Shown: positions 45,366 through 59,861, counted from the first letter of the stretch. The stretch is DNA of 64,000 bases from Octopus vulgaris (GCA_951406725.2 OX597826.1:47430001-47494000), one strand, 5' to 3'. The notes: generated by a model from the sequence alone, not told the origin. A program made the numbers and translations.

Positions 45366-45761
45366 TGTATACAAATGCATATATATATATATATATCACT
45401 TTGAGTGTATGTGTGTATTAGGTATATACACATGAATATATACACATGTATGTATACTCACAAAACACACAAACAAAAGCAAACACACAGCAGATATGCA
45501 TATCTATACACCTATGTGTGTGCATGTATATACGTGAATGACTCTGTGTGCGTGTGAGTGTGTGTGCGTGTGTGTATGTGTGCGCGTGTAACCCTGTATG
45601 TTTGTTTATACCTCTGTATATGAAAGAGATGAATGTGTGAAGGTGTGTGAGCACGCACGTGCCTGACTAAGAAGCGGGTACGTGTACGTATGACCGTGTA
45701 TGAGAGAGCGTGCCTCTGCGTTCGCGCATGTATTTGAATGCGTTTGTATTATAAGTGTGTA

Positions 45762-45824
<63 letters not shown>

Positions 45825-46163
45825 AACGCACGCACAATCACACACATACATATATATGTATATATGATAGAGGTTCTTTCGTGACAGAGACATAATTGAC
45901 CCGATGGGTACAATCCATCTACCCCATACCCGACATAAAGCCACCATACACACATGTCACACGCTGCTAACTTATCTACGTGCGTGTGTGAAGGAGACAC
46001 ACGCGTGTGTGAATGGATACGTGTGGGTGTGTCTGTGCGTATGAATGAGTACGTGTGAGTGAGCGTGAGTGTCAATCGGTGGCCTGTCTCTCGGGTATAC
46101 ATACTTGTGTCACTATATATCTATATATGTGTGTGTGTGTGTATGAGTTTGTGTGTGAGTGTT

Positions 46164-46251
<88 letters not shown>

Positions 46252-46301
46252 ATGCCTGTAAGTGCGGCGAGCGTGTGATTCAGTATTTGCGTGAGTGCAT
46301 G

Positions 46302-46360
<59 letters not shown>

Positions 46361-46419
46361 TTTTATATTTATGAAAGTGTATGCAGATCTCTATCTGTCT
46401 ATCTGTCTGTATATCTATT

Positions 46420-46507
<88 letters not shown>

Positions 46508-46520
46508 TATATATATTTAT

Positions 46521-46551
<31 letters not shown>

Positions 46552-46966
46552 CGCACATGCACACACACACATATACATATATATATATATATATGTATGT
46601 ATGTATGTGTATATATATATATGTGCATGTATATATATATGTATGTATGTATGTATGCATGCATGTATGCATGTATGTATGTATGTATGTATGTATGTAT
46701 TTATTTATGTATGTTTGTGAGCATATATGTTTGCATATATACCTAACGCATTCTCAGAAATAACAGATTTATAACAAGATCCCCTCAAACAGATATCGTT
46801 TCTCACACATACTGGTATCCATTAAAAAACCCCGTTTTTAAGCAAGTCTGGTTCTCTCAATTCCTAGCCTTTTCCTTTCTCTGTTTCACTTACTCACTCT
46901 CATTCCCTCTGTCTCCCCCCCTCTGTCTCTCTCTCTGTCTATCTGTGAGTGTGTGTATATGTGTAT

Positions 46967-47041
<75 letters not shown>

Positions 47042-47168
47042 TATATGCATACACATATATTTATATTTATATATACACATACACACACACATGTGTGTGT
47101 GTGTAACTGCATGTATGTAAATATCTATCTGTACATGTCTGTCTGTCAGCCTGTCTACTGTCTATAAG

Positions 47169-47203
<35 letters not shown>

Positions 47204-47338
47204 ATTACATATACATATATAGAGAGAGAGATAAATAGATAGATAAATAGAAATCAAACACACACAGGAATATAGCGAGATAGTCATACACACACACACA
47301 CACAAACACACACATATATATATACATGCATACATACA

Positions 47339-47374
<36 letters not shown>

Positions 47375-48007
47375 TATATATACATACTTGCATGCGTATA
47401 GACATGCGTACATACATACATATATACATCCAAAATACATACATACATACATACATATATACAATCACACATACATATACATACATATATACACACAGGA
47501 ATTTATACACATATTCATATATGTATACAAACATACTTAGATCTATGTGTGTGTCTGTATGTGTGTGTGTGTGTGTTTCATTATATGTACACTGAGGCAT
47601 GTACATGCACACACACCTATACACATTATGAAGCAGACAAAAATCAACAGACCTTGACGGGGGGAAGGGCGATGTGATTACGTGGTTGGGGGAGGAGAGA
47701 GTGTTTGTCTCCTTCGGGTCAACAGCGTGTCCCTGCTACAGGGGTGTCAGACAAAACTCCACGCACAAATACTTTCACACCCGGATACACACACACACAC
47801 AAACGTAACAAAAACTCTCTCGTTCACTCACTCACATACATAACAGACACACACACACACAAATCATATATAAATACAAACATACATACATACATACATG
47901 CATATAGACACACACACTCACACACACATATATATTTATGTCTATAAAGACAGCAAATTCTTTTTACTATTCGTGTAAGCCTCTATATACCTACCTATAT
48001 GTGTGTG

Positions 48008-48054
<47 letters not shown>

Positions 48055-48084
48055 ATAAATATATATACATATATATATGTCACT

Positions 48085-48295
48085 TTTTTTCTCTCTTTTT
48101 CTTGTTTCAGTCTTTTGACTGGGGCCATGCTGGAGCACCGCCTTTAGTCGAGCTAATCGACCCCAGCCTTGTACTTATTCAATCGGTGTCTTTTGCCGAA
48201 CCGCTAAGTTATGGGGACGTAAACACACCATCATCGATTGTCAAGCAATGTTGGACGGGGGCGGGGGGGATAAACACATACACGCAACCATATAA

Positions 48296-48327
<32 letters not shown>

Positions 48328-48452
48328 GCTTCTTTCAGTTTCCGTTAACCAAATCCACTCACAAGGCTTTGGTCGGCCCGAGGCTATAGTAGAAGACACT
48401 TGCCCAAAGTGTCGCGCAGTGGGAATGAACCTGGAACCATGTGGTTGCTAAG
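48085..48452 (-). mobile_element. SINE family A
   Basis: Both halves present on the reverse complement. Confidence 0.88.
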
Positions 48453-48464
48453 CAATATATATAT

Positions 48465-48669
<205 letters not shown>

Positions 48670-48847
48670 CAGGCATACATATCCATCATATATACGTGCG
48701 CATACACATACACACACGCACGCACACACGCATATATAGTTCTAAATATAAATATAATGTTATAAATATATATATTTGCATATATATAAGAATATATATT
48801 TATATATACATAAAATATATTTATATATATAAACATATATATGTATG

Positions 48848-48911
<64 letters not shown>

Positions 48912-49188
48912 CACGCATGCACACACATTCATATCCTATGTGCATACACACGTATATTCTCACGCATATATCCAGTGAAACATATTTCCATACCCTTAAT
49001 TGTGTGTCTGTGTGTGCGTTTGTCTAAAACTAAAATTTAACTAGAGAAAGCAGCAGTGTGAACTAAATCACTAACTTTCCCTAAACTCACGTCAGTATAA
49101 GATCCTCACTCTCTCACTCTCTGCCTCTCTCTCCCCCTCTCTCTCTTTCCTACTCCACAAACGCATCAATACACGAATAGACTGAAGA

Positions 49189-49227
<39 letters not shown>

Positions 49228-49369
49228 TGCACGAACGCGCACAGACACATATACATATGGTAAAACCGGCATATATATGGTGTATACCATATAGTTAGGA
49301 AGCTTGTTTCTCAAACACGTGAGTCCAAGTTCGGTCCCACTTCAAGGCATGTAATGTATGTGTTCTCTC

Positions 49370-49685
49370 TGTGGCACTTTGTCGGTTACGACGACGAGGT
49401 TTCCAGTTGATCCGATCAAGGGAACTGCCTGTTCATGATACTGACTCCCAAGACTTTCCGCAGACTTTTCGCATACCCTTAACGTAGTTCCTGAAGACAG
49501 CATGACACAGAATGAGACAAGGCTGGCCCTTTGATTTAAAGGTATAACTCATTTTTACCAGCTGAGTGAACTGGAACAACGTGAAATAAAGTGACTTGCT
49601 CAATGACGCAACGCGTCACCAGGAATCGAACTCACAACCTTACGATCATGTCCCAAACTCCCTAACCATTTGTCCATATGCCTTC
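49370..49685 (-). mobile_element. SINE with family C head and a different tail
   Basis: Minus strand: TGGTTAGGG...GATCGTAAGGTTGTGAGTTCGATTCC...TTGAGCAAGTCACTTTATTTCACGTTGTTCCAGTTCACTCAGCTG...AAATGAGT. Confidence 0.8.
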
Positions 49686-49891
49686 TCTGTCATGTGTTCC
49701 ACTGTGGCTTTCGACTGACAAATAAATTCTGAGCAAAATTTGGCAGAATCTAGTCTCATACTGCTCCCCAACCACACACACCTACACACACACACACACA
49801 CACACACACACTTATACATATATGCAAACGTGTACTAGTGTACGTATATATATATATGTATATATGTATATACATGCTTACATATATATAA

Positions 49892-50220
49892 GTGGCTCAG
49901 TGGTTAGAGCATCGAGCTTACGGTCGTGAGGTTGTGAGCTCGAATCCCGGACCGGGCTGTGTGTTGTGTTCTTGAGCAAGACGCTTTATTTCACGTTGCT
50001 CCAGTTCACACAGCTGTAGAAATGAGTTGCGACGTCACTGGTGCCAAGCTGTATCGGCCCTTGCCTTTCCCTTGGATAACACTGGTGGCGTGGAGAGGGG
50101 AGGCTGGCATGCATGGGCGACTGCTGGTCTTCCATAAAAAACAACCTTGCCCAGACTTGTGCCTCAGAGGGTAACTCTCTAGGTGCAATCCCATGGTCAG
50201 TGTCTGACCGAAGGGGGTCA
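49892..50220 (+). mobile_element. SINE family C (tRNA head, Meta/V-like central segment)
   Basis: A-box GTGGCTCAGTGGTTAGAGC, B-box-like TCGAATCCC, then GTTGTGTTCTTGAGCAAGACGCTTTA...CACACAGCTGTAGAAATGAG. The domain name is from recall. Confidence 0.88.
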
Positions 50221-50261
50221 CAATACATACCTACATATATATATATATATATATGTATATG

Positions 50262-50327
<66 letters not shown>

Positions 50328-50460
50328 TGTATGTATGTATGTATGTATGTATGTATCTTTTTGTGAAACCGGGATCTCGGACCAAATAAAGCTATGATAA
50401 TGATAGCTTGTGAATTGGGTTCAAAACCGTTTGGATTAAAGAAGAAAAAAACCCCCAGAA

Positions 50461-50612
50461 TGGTGCGCGTAGGACTCGAACACATGTCTCTCCTGTAAGC
50501 ATGACAAGCATTCTGCGATTGAGACAAAGCAATTATTTGGTCTAGAATCATTCTCATCGTACTCGAACCCATGTCTCCTGTGAACATAATCGGCGTTCTG
50601 CCTTTCTCTGAA
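50461..50612 (-). pseudogene. Two tandem degenerate tRNA-like units
   Basis: Minus strand: GGCAGAACG...CAGGAGACATGGGTTCGAGTAC (about 50555-50605) and CTCAATCGCAGAATG...CAGGAGAGACATGTGTTCGAGTCCTACGCGCACCA (50461-50534). Stems are broken. Confidence 0.5.
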
Positions 50613-50847
50613 TGTTTATATAACAATGACCTAAAACCTGGTGCTGCTTATGCATTGTCACTTTATGTTCGATAACCTAGCAGTTTGATAAATAGAGATC
50701 GATAAAAATATGTCTAATGGTAACAACTACTTAGCTATTTTTTATTGACTGAATTCTTGGCGATCCATCATGGTCGCAGCCCATGAATGCTCACACACAT
50801 ATACAAGCATGCGCGCGCCCATACACACACACACATATATACATATA

Positions 50848-51054
50848 TATGGTGTGTTACTGAAAAGTTTCAGACTCTCGGTAAACAAAAAAAAAAAGGA
50901 AAAAAATACAGGAGGATCAGTCAATTATGATTTTATTCAACATATTCGCCTCTCAGATTCACTCATAGCAGCGGTCCTTCAGTTTTTTTTTTAAGCTGTG
51001 TAAAAGAACGCGGAAGTTTGGGCCTCCACCCTGGCCTTTCGTGATACTCTTAAA
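50848..51054 (-). mobile_element. Mariner-derived MITE, one end lost
   Basis: Reverse complement aligns with 53928-54031 plus 54441-54557 (GGAGGCCCAAACTTCCG, TTCTTTTACA, GTGAATCTGAGAGGCGAATATGTTGAATAAAATCAT). Confidence 0.8.
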
Positions 51055-51193
51055 AACACATATGGCAATTCGTGTGTACGTGACAGTATGTATATGTGCA
51101 CTGTATAATTGTATTCTTTGTAATTATTCCTGAACCTGCAGATCAAAGATCAAAACTACATTATTGAAATAGGGTACAAATATGTATGTACTT

Positions 51194-51385
51194 AAGGCGG
51201 CGAGCTTAACAGAGTCCTAGACACGTCGGGCGAAATGTTTAGCGACACTTCGTCTGTCTTCATGTTCTGAGTTCAACTTCCGCTGAGGTCGACCATTACA
51301 TTTCTTCCATTCGGGGTCGATAAAGTGCGTACCAGTTTAGGACTGGGGTCGATGCAATCGATTTAACCCTACCAAAATTTTTAAA
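51194..51385 (+). mobile_element. SINE family B-related
   Basis: AAGGCGGCGAGCT...GGGCGAAATG...TTCTGAGTTCAA...GAGGTCGAC...TTCGGGGTCGATAAA...CTGGGGTCGAT. Confidence 0.8.
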
Positions 51386-51501
51386 TCGGCATATATGTTG
51401 TATGCATGTACACATATACATAAGTATATATGTGTATATGTGTGTGTGCGGTGAGAGAGAGCGAAATATATATGTATATATATGTGTGTATGTGTATATA
51501 C

Positions 51502-51561
<60 letters not shown>

Positions 51562-51919
51562 TTATATTCTTAATCTTTCAAGATGTCATAATACGGAAGT
51601 TTTATAGTAATATTTCTAATATATTAGATTGCATTGTCGGTGTGCGTGTCTGTGTAAGTGGCGTCGGTGTATGTGTACGTGAGACTTTCTCTTTCAGTGG
51701 TTAAGGAAGAGGGAAAAGGAGATGGGGAAGACAAGTAGAGGTTAGTCGATGGTTTTCTCAGTTAACCTCAGAGTGACCATCCAAGCCATCAATGTCCTAC
51801 GTTAAGGGGAGTAGGAAACCTTGCGTTCCATGATCACCAGTGCCATTTGGGACACACTGGTTAGTTGCCCAAGGCCATCACATTCCTGGCAGACCAATTG
51901 CATTCTATCTAAGCTGTGG

Positions 51920-52018
51920 CTAGCTGTCGATAACGACCCAATGCATTGACTTGGCGGCGTCCATTAATGCCGCTAGGATTGTCCCGATGATCACCCACCA
52001 CGATATAGGCATGGACGC
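51920..52018 (-). CDS. Candidate exon or small ORF (ASMPISWWVIIGTILAALMDAAKSMHWVVIDS*), hydrophobic
   Basis: Long pyrimidine tract ending TTCAG precedes 52018 on the minus strand; about 50% GC non-repetitive island. No strong donor site and no recognised homology. Confidence 0.25.
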   Translation of the reverse strand, partial: ASMPISWWVIIGTILAALMDAAKSMHWVVIDS

Positions 52019-52948
52019 CTGAAGAGAGAAGAAGAGGTAGAGAAAGAGAGAGCGAGAGAGAGAGAGAGAGAAGGACAGAATGAATTGAAGTGAGTTTGGG
52101 CTCTTGGACAAGTCTAGGCGTTAGACGGAAGAATCGTTGTCCAGTGTCCAGGAACGAATGCTTGCAACAGAACTGACTACCTTACTTAAACCACTTAATC
52201 ATCAGCTTAGGATGTTAATCCGCGGGGATGAATTTTGCCAGTTGCCCAAGAACTGAACTGAACTACGTTGCCTCAGATAGCTTCAGCAGTTTCCGTCCGC
52301 CATTTTTTATTCCCAAGGTTTGATCGAACCGAAGTAATTCTCGAAAATACTATTCCATTGTAAAACGTTATGTTGTCAGATTTCTTATAAAGTAAAAGCT
52401 GTGTTCTCAAAAACAGACCTAAATCTGCGGGCGTTTGTTGTCGTAGTTGTTGTTGGATAATCCCAAGTGAAGTGTGGCTTAGCAGACTTATGATTAAACC
52501 AATTCTGAGGCCACAATAATCCTATCGTATTATCTATCAGACTGTATAGTATGTGATAACCACACACACACACTCATATATATATGAGTGTGTGTGCATG
52601 TGTGTATGCCTATGTGTGTGTGCACGAGTTATATTTACAAGGAAATGCTCATAGGGGAGTCGGAGTCATTCATGACCTTTCTAAAAATAAAAATTAGATA
52701 TATTTAGTGTGGTTTTCATATGATTAAGAAGTTATTAACATTTACACATGCAGACACACTCAAAAGCCACTTAAAGCACACAAGTAAACACACAGACAAA
52801 CACACACACACACTCACTAATATAGACATTGAACAGGAATAAGCGTTTGAGTCTCTTAGACAGTATGTCTGTTTGTGTGTGGGTCTGCGTACCTGCGAGC
52901 TTTTGTGGGTTTGTGGGCGGTTCTATGTACGTATATATTCATATGTAT

Positions 52949-52993
<45 letters not shown>

Positions 52994-53086
52994 AACTCAC
53001 ATATCCATGCACTTGCACAGACACACACATGCATAAGCACACATGTTGTATATATATATATGCGTATGTGTATATATGCATATTTG

Positions 53087-53121
<35 letters not shown>

Positions 53122-53269
53122 AAATGTATGTATGTATATATAGGTATATATGTATATTGTATGGATACATAATATATACATATAAACATATATATACATA
53201 TGTACATATATATATATATTATACGTATACACAATATATACATGTATATACAATATACTTATGTATGCA

Positions 53270-53315
<46 letters not shown>

Positions 53316-53325
<10 letters not shown>

Positions 53326-53436
53326 AATACACATATATCAAAGCTACATACAAGCATTCACCCATATACACACAACACATACGAATGCATACACAGATAT
53401 GCACAGGTATGTATGCATATCTTATATATATATCTA

Positions 53437-53488
<52 letters not shown>

Positions 53489-53595
53489 AATACACATATA
53501 TCAAAGCTACATACAAGCATTCACCCATATACACACAACACATACGAATGCATACACAGATATGCACAGGTATGTATGCATATCTTATATATATA

Positions 53596-53600
<5 letters not shown>
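53316..53600. repeat. Direct tandem duplication, period 163 bp, joined through (TA)n
   Basis: 53316-53437 and 53479-53600 appear identical over about 120 bp. Confidence 0.92.
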
Positions 53601-53629
<29 letters not shown>

Positions 53630-53927
53630 CACATGCACAAACACACACGCACAAACACTCATATACACACTAACGTATGCCCGTACACACATGCATCAAC
53701 CACTGGTATACTCTAGATTACACATAAACGGAGCAAATAGGGAACATATATGCGGATCTGTGTGTGTGGAGATGTATGGGCACCTGCGAGTATAGGCGCA
53801 TGCGCGTAAAGGGCATGCATATGTATCGTTGTTATATTTAGTGTTCTTGAATCATGTTATCGTTATGATCACTGGTATGTCATCGTGGCCAAACCTGTCG
53901 TAATGTATCTAGGAGTGCATTCCTTAA

Positions 53928-54557
53928 TACGAAAGGGTGCTAAAAAGTTTCTGTCTTTAAATGTCTCGCGAAGGGCCTGGCTGGAGGTCCAAACTACCGA
54001 GTTCTTTTACAGGGCTTAGAAAATCTGAAAGGCCTATTTCTTTACCACCCACACGGAGCTAAACACAGAGAAGACAAACGGATTAAGTCGATTATATCGA
54101 CCCCAGTGCGTAACTGGTAATTATTTAATCGACTCCGAAAGGATGAAAGGCAAAGTCGACCTCGGCGGAATTTGGACTCAGAACGTAACGGCAGACGAAA
54201 TACCTATTTCTTTATTACCCACAAGGGGCTAAACACAGAGGGGACAAACAAGGACAGACATAGGTATTAAGTCGATTACATCGACCCCAATGCGTAACTG
54301 GTACTTAATTTATCGACCCCGAAAGAATGAAAGGCAAAGTCGACCTCGGCGGAATTTGAACTCAGAACGTAACGGCAGACGAAATACCGCTAAGCATTTC
54401 GCCCGGCGTGCTAACGGTTCTGCCAACTCGCCGCCGAAAGACCGCTACAATAAATGTGTGAATCTGACAGGGGAATATCTTCAATAAAATCATGATTAAC
54501 CGATCCTCTTGGATTTTCATTTACCTAGAGCCGAGAACTTTTCAGCAACCTTTCCTA
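53928..54557 (+). mobile_element. Mariner-derived MITE of about 220 bp, interrupted by a family B SINE
   Basis: TIRs TACGAAAGGGTGCTAAAAAGTTTCTG and CGAGAACTTTTCAGCAACCTTTCCTA, beginning and ending in TA. Body encodes a transposase C-terminal remnant GLENLK|DRYNKCVNLTGEYLQ*. Confidence 0.85.
54033..54435 (-). mobile_element. SINE family B, full copy plus tandem duplicate of its 3' about 170 bp
   Basis: Full copy 54203-54435 and partial copy 54033-54202; GAAAG duplicated at 54027-54031 and 54436-54440. Confidence 0.9.
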
Positions 54558-55171
54558 TGTCCGTCATCTTTCTAGACGTTAGTAAGAGTAAAATTCGCGT
54601 TAGATTTCTCTACCATTACTATTAGTGGTGCAGCCATGGAGCGCCATTTCTGTGGCCTTGTACGGCGTTACAAGCGTGAGCGTTGTGCATGTGTGTAGAT
54701 GTGTGTAAGTGTGTGTACATGTGTGATGGAGTTGTGGTCCCATCACATATATTATATTAGAAGCGACCTTTCTAAAAATACACACACACACAAACACACA
54801 CAAGCATGCACTTACAAGCATATTCACTCTTACGCTAACAGATATTCGCGTAAAAAAACCAGCGACAAGGTCTTTTTAGTAATCGTGACCTACTTAGCAC
54901 AGCTGCCACATTGACACACAGGAAGCGATAGTCAAATGCCCCCACATTATACATTTAACGATCTCACTGAAAAATATTCAAAGTACGTAAGACAAAAACG
55001 GAAAATTTAGAATACAAGACGAGTTGATCAAATTTGAGATGCCTCTTTCAGTAATAGAATCTGCAATATTTATGGACATAATGAACAATTGTCCCAGGAA
55101 TTATGCGTTTAGAAACACTCAGCCACGCTCACCCAGTCACAAACACACACGTACAAGGACTTATATTCACG

Positions 55172-55204
<33 letters not shown>

Positions 55205-55682
55205 ATTTATATATATATATATGTATTTATATATATATGTATGTATACATATATAGAAACACTCACCCAGTCACAAACACACACGTACACGAACTTACAT
55301 GCACGTATATATATATATGTAAGTATATATATGTATACATATATAGACACATACTCACATATGTACATAAGCATACGCACGCACACACATACACAACAGA
55401 AGACAAGCAAGAATGACTATAATGAAAATAAAGAGAATTATATGCAAAGCGTTTTCAAAAAGTGCGCGCACACACACACATGCTCACCCATACATAGATG
55501 AATTCATACATACATTCTTACATACATACATGCAGACATAATTTATATATACATATATACATATCTATATAACTTGACTAACTATATTTGTATAGATAGA
55601 TATAGATAGATAGATGCATGCATACAGACATATATAGGAATACATATGTATAGGTGTACATATGTATTGGTATACATACATA

Positions 55683-55725
<43 letters not shown>

Positions 55726-55789
55726 ATACGTGTATATATATATATACATGTATATACGTATATATATATATATATACATGTATATACGT

Positions 55790-55962
55790 TTGTGTGCCTG
55801 TGTTTGTCCACCCACCATCGCTTGACCGATGCTGGTGTGTTTATGACCACGTAACTTAGCGGTTCGGCAAATTACCTATAGAATAAGTACTAGGACTACC
55901 AAGAATAAGTTCTGGCGTCGATTTTTTTCACCAAGTGCGGTGCTCCAGCATAGCCGTAGTCA
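55790..55962 (+). mobile_element. SINE family A, 3' half
   Basis: CATCGCTTGACCGATGCTGGTGTGTTTA...GTAACTTAGCGGTTCGGCAAA...GGTGCTCCAGCAT. Confidence 0.85.
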
Positions 55963-56643
55963 CATATATCCATCTATTGTGTTTTTAACACAGGCTCATT
56001 TGGATTGCTCCGTCATAGACACAGAACGGATGGCACACCTCATTACGCACAAGTAATTAGACATACGTGTATACACGTATGTATGGCTACATATACACAT
56101 ATGTGTGTGTATATATATATATGAGGGATGCCTGCCTGTCTGTCCGTTCCCATGTTTGTCTATCCGTATGTACGTGCGTGCGCGCGCACACATGCATACA
56201 TATATAAACATACACACATACACAAACGTGCGTTTTTGCACACATACACCAGGTGTGTGTAGCAGCCACTTATATATATATATATATACACGCAAATAGG
56301 CAGACAGGTAGTCAAACGGACTGACACATTGGTAGGTGGGAGGCTAGATAATCAGACAGACAGGCAGACAGACAGACAGACAGACAGGCAGACAGACAGG
56401 CCGACAGACAGACAGGCCGACAGAAAGATAGGCCGACAGACAGACAAACAGACAGGCAAGTAGATAGATATAATTATAGAGTAAGAATCGTAACAGAACA
56501 GATACATAATTCAATTCTAGATTAGCATTACAGAAATTGTTTGAGTGATGGTGCGTGTGTCCATATATGCACGCCCTAATGTGCATGCATATGTGTTTGC
56601 ACCAGTGTATGTATATGCAAGCGTATATATATTCATATATATA

Positions 56644-56701
<58 letters not shown>

Positions 56702-56769
56702 AATGTATATATATTTTGTATATATATGTCAGTGTGTATGTAAGTATTTAAGTATATATATACATATAC

Positions 56770-56836
<67 letters not shown>

Positions 56837-57221
56837 TATATATTCCATGGAGACTGCATTGTATGTATTATTTACAATCCATGGTGTCTCAGGTGGACTT
56901 TCACTTCCCTTAGCAACTGGACTGTATCATTCGGTACTCAAAATATGACAATCAAATTATATGTATATATATATATATGTATGTATGTATATATATGTAT
57001 ATATATATATATATATACACAAACACACACACACTCCTATATATATAGACATGTATGTGTGTGTGCTCATATACATATGTAAAGGTATACAGGGGTATAT
57101 ACATATATGGATACCTGGGTGTGTATGAGTGACTGCATGTATAAGAAATACTTACAGAACTAAGAAACTAGATAAAGCCAAAGAGGAATCGAACCCATGT
57201 TTGCTGTCGCCTTGCTGCTGA

Positions 57222-57266
57222 CTGTCCGACATGTTTCGTAAATATATATTTCTATTCACAGCACAG
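57222..57266 (-). ncRNA. Degenerate hammerhead-like motif
   Basis: Minus strand: CTGTG-CTG.TGA-AT-rich hairpin-C-GAAAC-AT-GTC-GGACAG. Palindromic ACATGT stem III; the CUGANGA box lacks one base. Confidence 0.35.
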
Positions 57267-57305
57267 ATGAAAGTGTTCCTAAGAAAATATAGAGTGATAT
57301 ATATG

Positions 57306-57350
<45 letters not shown>

Positions 57351-57468
57351 TTATATGTAGTGAGAGATATAGATAGATAGGTAGCTAGATAGATGTAGAT
57401 ATATACTTATATATGTATATATAAGTGTATATATATATATGCATACACACACACACACACACACACTT

Positions 57469-57499
<31 letters not shown>

Positions 57500-57551
57500 T
57501 GATATATAAGTAGTCAAACGAATCAGCAAAACGATAGATAGATAGATAGAT

Positions 57552-57628
<77 letters not shown>

Positions 57629-57689
57629 CAGAAAGACAGACAGGCAGACAGACAGACAGACACACAGACAGGTAGATAGACAGACAGAG

Positions 57690-57772
<83 letters not shown>

Positions 57773-57960
57773 TCAAATCTAGATATAGCCTGAAAATTAA
57801 TTGAATTGAATGTCGATTTTGTTTTTGTGTATGTATGTGTATCATTTATTTGTAAGTGTATATAGATGTATGTGTGTGTACACTTCTGTGTATGTATTTA
57901 TAAAATATATATATGCATGTATGTACACATACACAAGCACTCACTCATACACACACACAA

Positions 57961-57991
<31 letters not shown>

Positions 57992-58076
57992 ATATGTATA
58001 TATGTATATACATATATATATATATATTTCTGTTTCTTTTTCTGTCTCCCTCCCTCTCTCCCTCTATGTGTATATA

Positions 58077-58130
<54 letters not shown>

Positions 58131-58511
58131 GCATATGCACGCATTAATATTCATATATATCTTACTAAATACATACATACATACATACATACATACATAC
58201 ATACATACATACATACATACATACATACATACATACATACATACATGCTGGTGAGATTGAAATATTCAAAGAGAAATTAGTATTGAACGAGACTGTAATG
58301 GGATAAAAAGAATGACACATATTAATTTTGGGAATCATTGTAATTACTTTCGCTAAGCACCAATAACTTTTGGTAAACTACATCCTAAATGATCTGGCTT
58401 GTTTAGGCTGTATACAGATATATATATACACCATTTCCTATGAATATTTCCAAATATATAGATATGTCTCTGTGTGTATGAGTGTGGGTATGTATGTATA
58501 TATGTAGGTAA

Positions 58512-58552
<41 letters not shown>

Positions 58553-58678
58553 TGTATTCATATAGGTATGTATGTATAAATATATACATATATACAGCAT
58601 AAATATACATAATATATATTAAGCATGTGTATATAAATATCTATATGTATATATATTATATGTATGTACATATATGTG

Positions 58679-58709
<31 letters not shown>

Positions 58710-59132
58710 TGCATGCATCCATATGTACATATGCATATATATATGTATGCACTTATGTGTATATAACATATATACAAGCATAAATATGCATATATACTCA
58801 TCTAATTATATATATATTTATATATATATAAACAAGTGTATATTTATATGTATGTATAGACATTCATTAGTATATGTATATATATAAGTACATATGAATA
58901 CGTATATATATATGTGTGCGTGTGTTTATACATATGTATATATATATATATATGTATATAAATATATGTTTATATGTATATATGCATATATATGTATATA
59001 TATTATATATATACACACATATATATATATATTCATACCTGTATACATATATATATAGGTATATATATGTGTGTGTGTGTATGTATGCATACATATACGT
59101 TTGCATACACATGTATGTGTCTTTGTATTTGC

Positions 59133-59169
<37 letters not shown>

Positions 59170-59554
59170 TGTGTGTGTAAATATATGGCCGATTGTTGAA
59201 GATGTACATTTGACAAGAATGAAGCTAGAGGTTCGATTCTACAGCATGGCAACTTGCCTAGTTTCTCTATTATCATAACTTTGGTTAACCCAAGTCTTCT
59301 TTGTAAATCTGGGTTTACAGGAAACCGGCAGACACCCCACGAATGGATGTACCCGTAATTCAAAGTTCCATCCTTGACACAGCATGTCACACTGGTTTTC
59401 TTTGATATTTAGGTTAAGGATACACATGTCTACCGAATACACAGCTATTTCTGAAGCTAATTGAAGGAGTGTAACTCAGACTCATGTGCCATATGTAAGA
59501 ACCTCCGTCTGTCTGTGTGTGTAAGTGTATGTGTATACAAGAATGTATACAATA

Positions 59555-59603
<49 letters not shown>

Positions 59604-59619
59604 TATGTCCATGTATACG

Positions 59620-59657
<38 letters not shown>

Positions 59658-59811
59658 TAGGCATATAACTATATATACGTACATATATATGTATGTATGT
59701 ATATATATATATATACATATTGTGTAAGTACATTTGTCTATGTATATCTATATCTCTCTCTATATCTGTCTTTCTATCTATCTCTCTATCTATCTATATA
59801 TCTATCTTTAC

Positions 59812-59841
<30 letters not shown>

Positions 59842-59847
<6 letters not shown>

Positions 59848-59861
59848 ATATAGTAATTATG

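Noticed and set aside
49892-49960. Functional tRNA gene
   Set aside because: It is the head of a multicopy SINE; no acceptor stem or poly-T terminator.
51956-52019. Pre-miRNA hairpin (GGCGTCCAT...ATGGACGCC)
   Set aside because: Only a 9-bp stem; the interior does not pair continuously.
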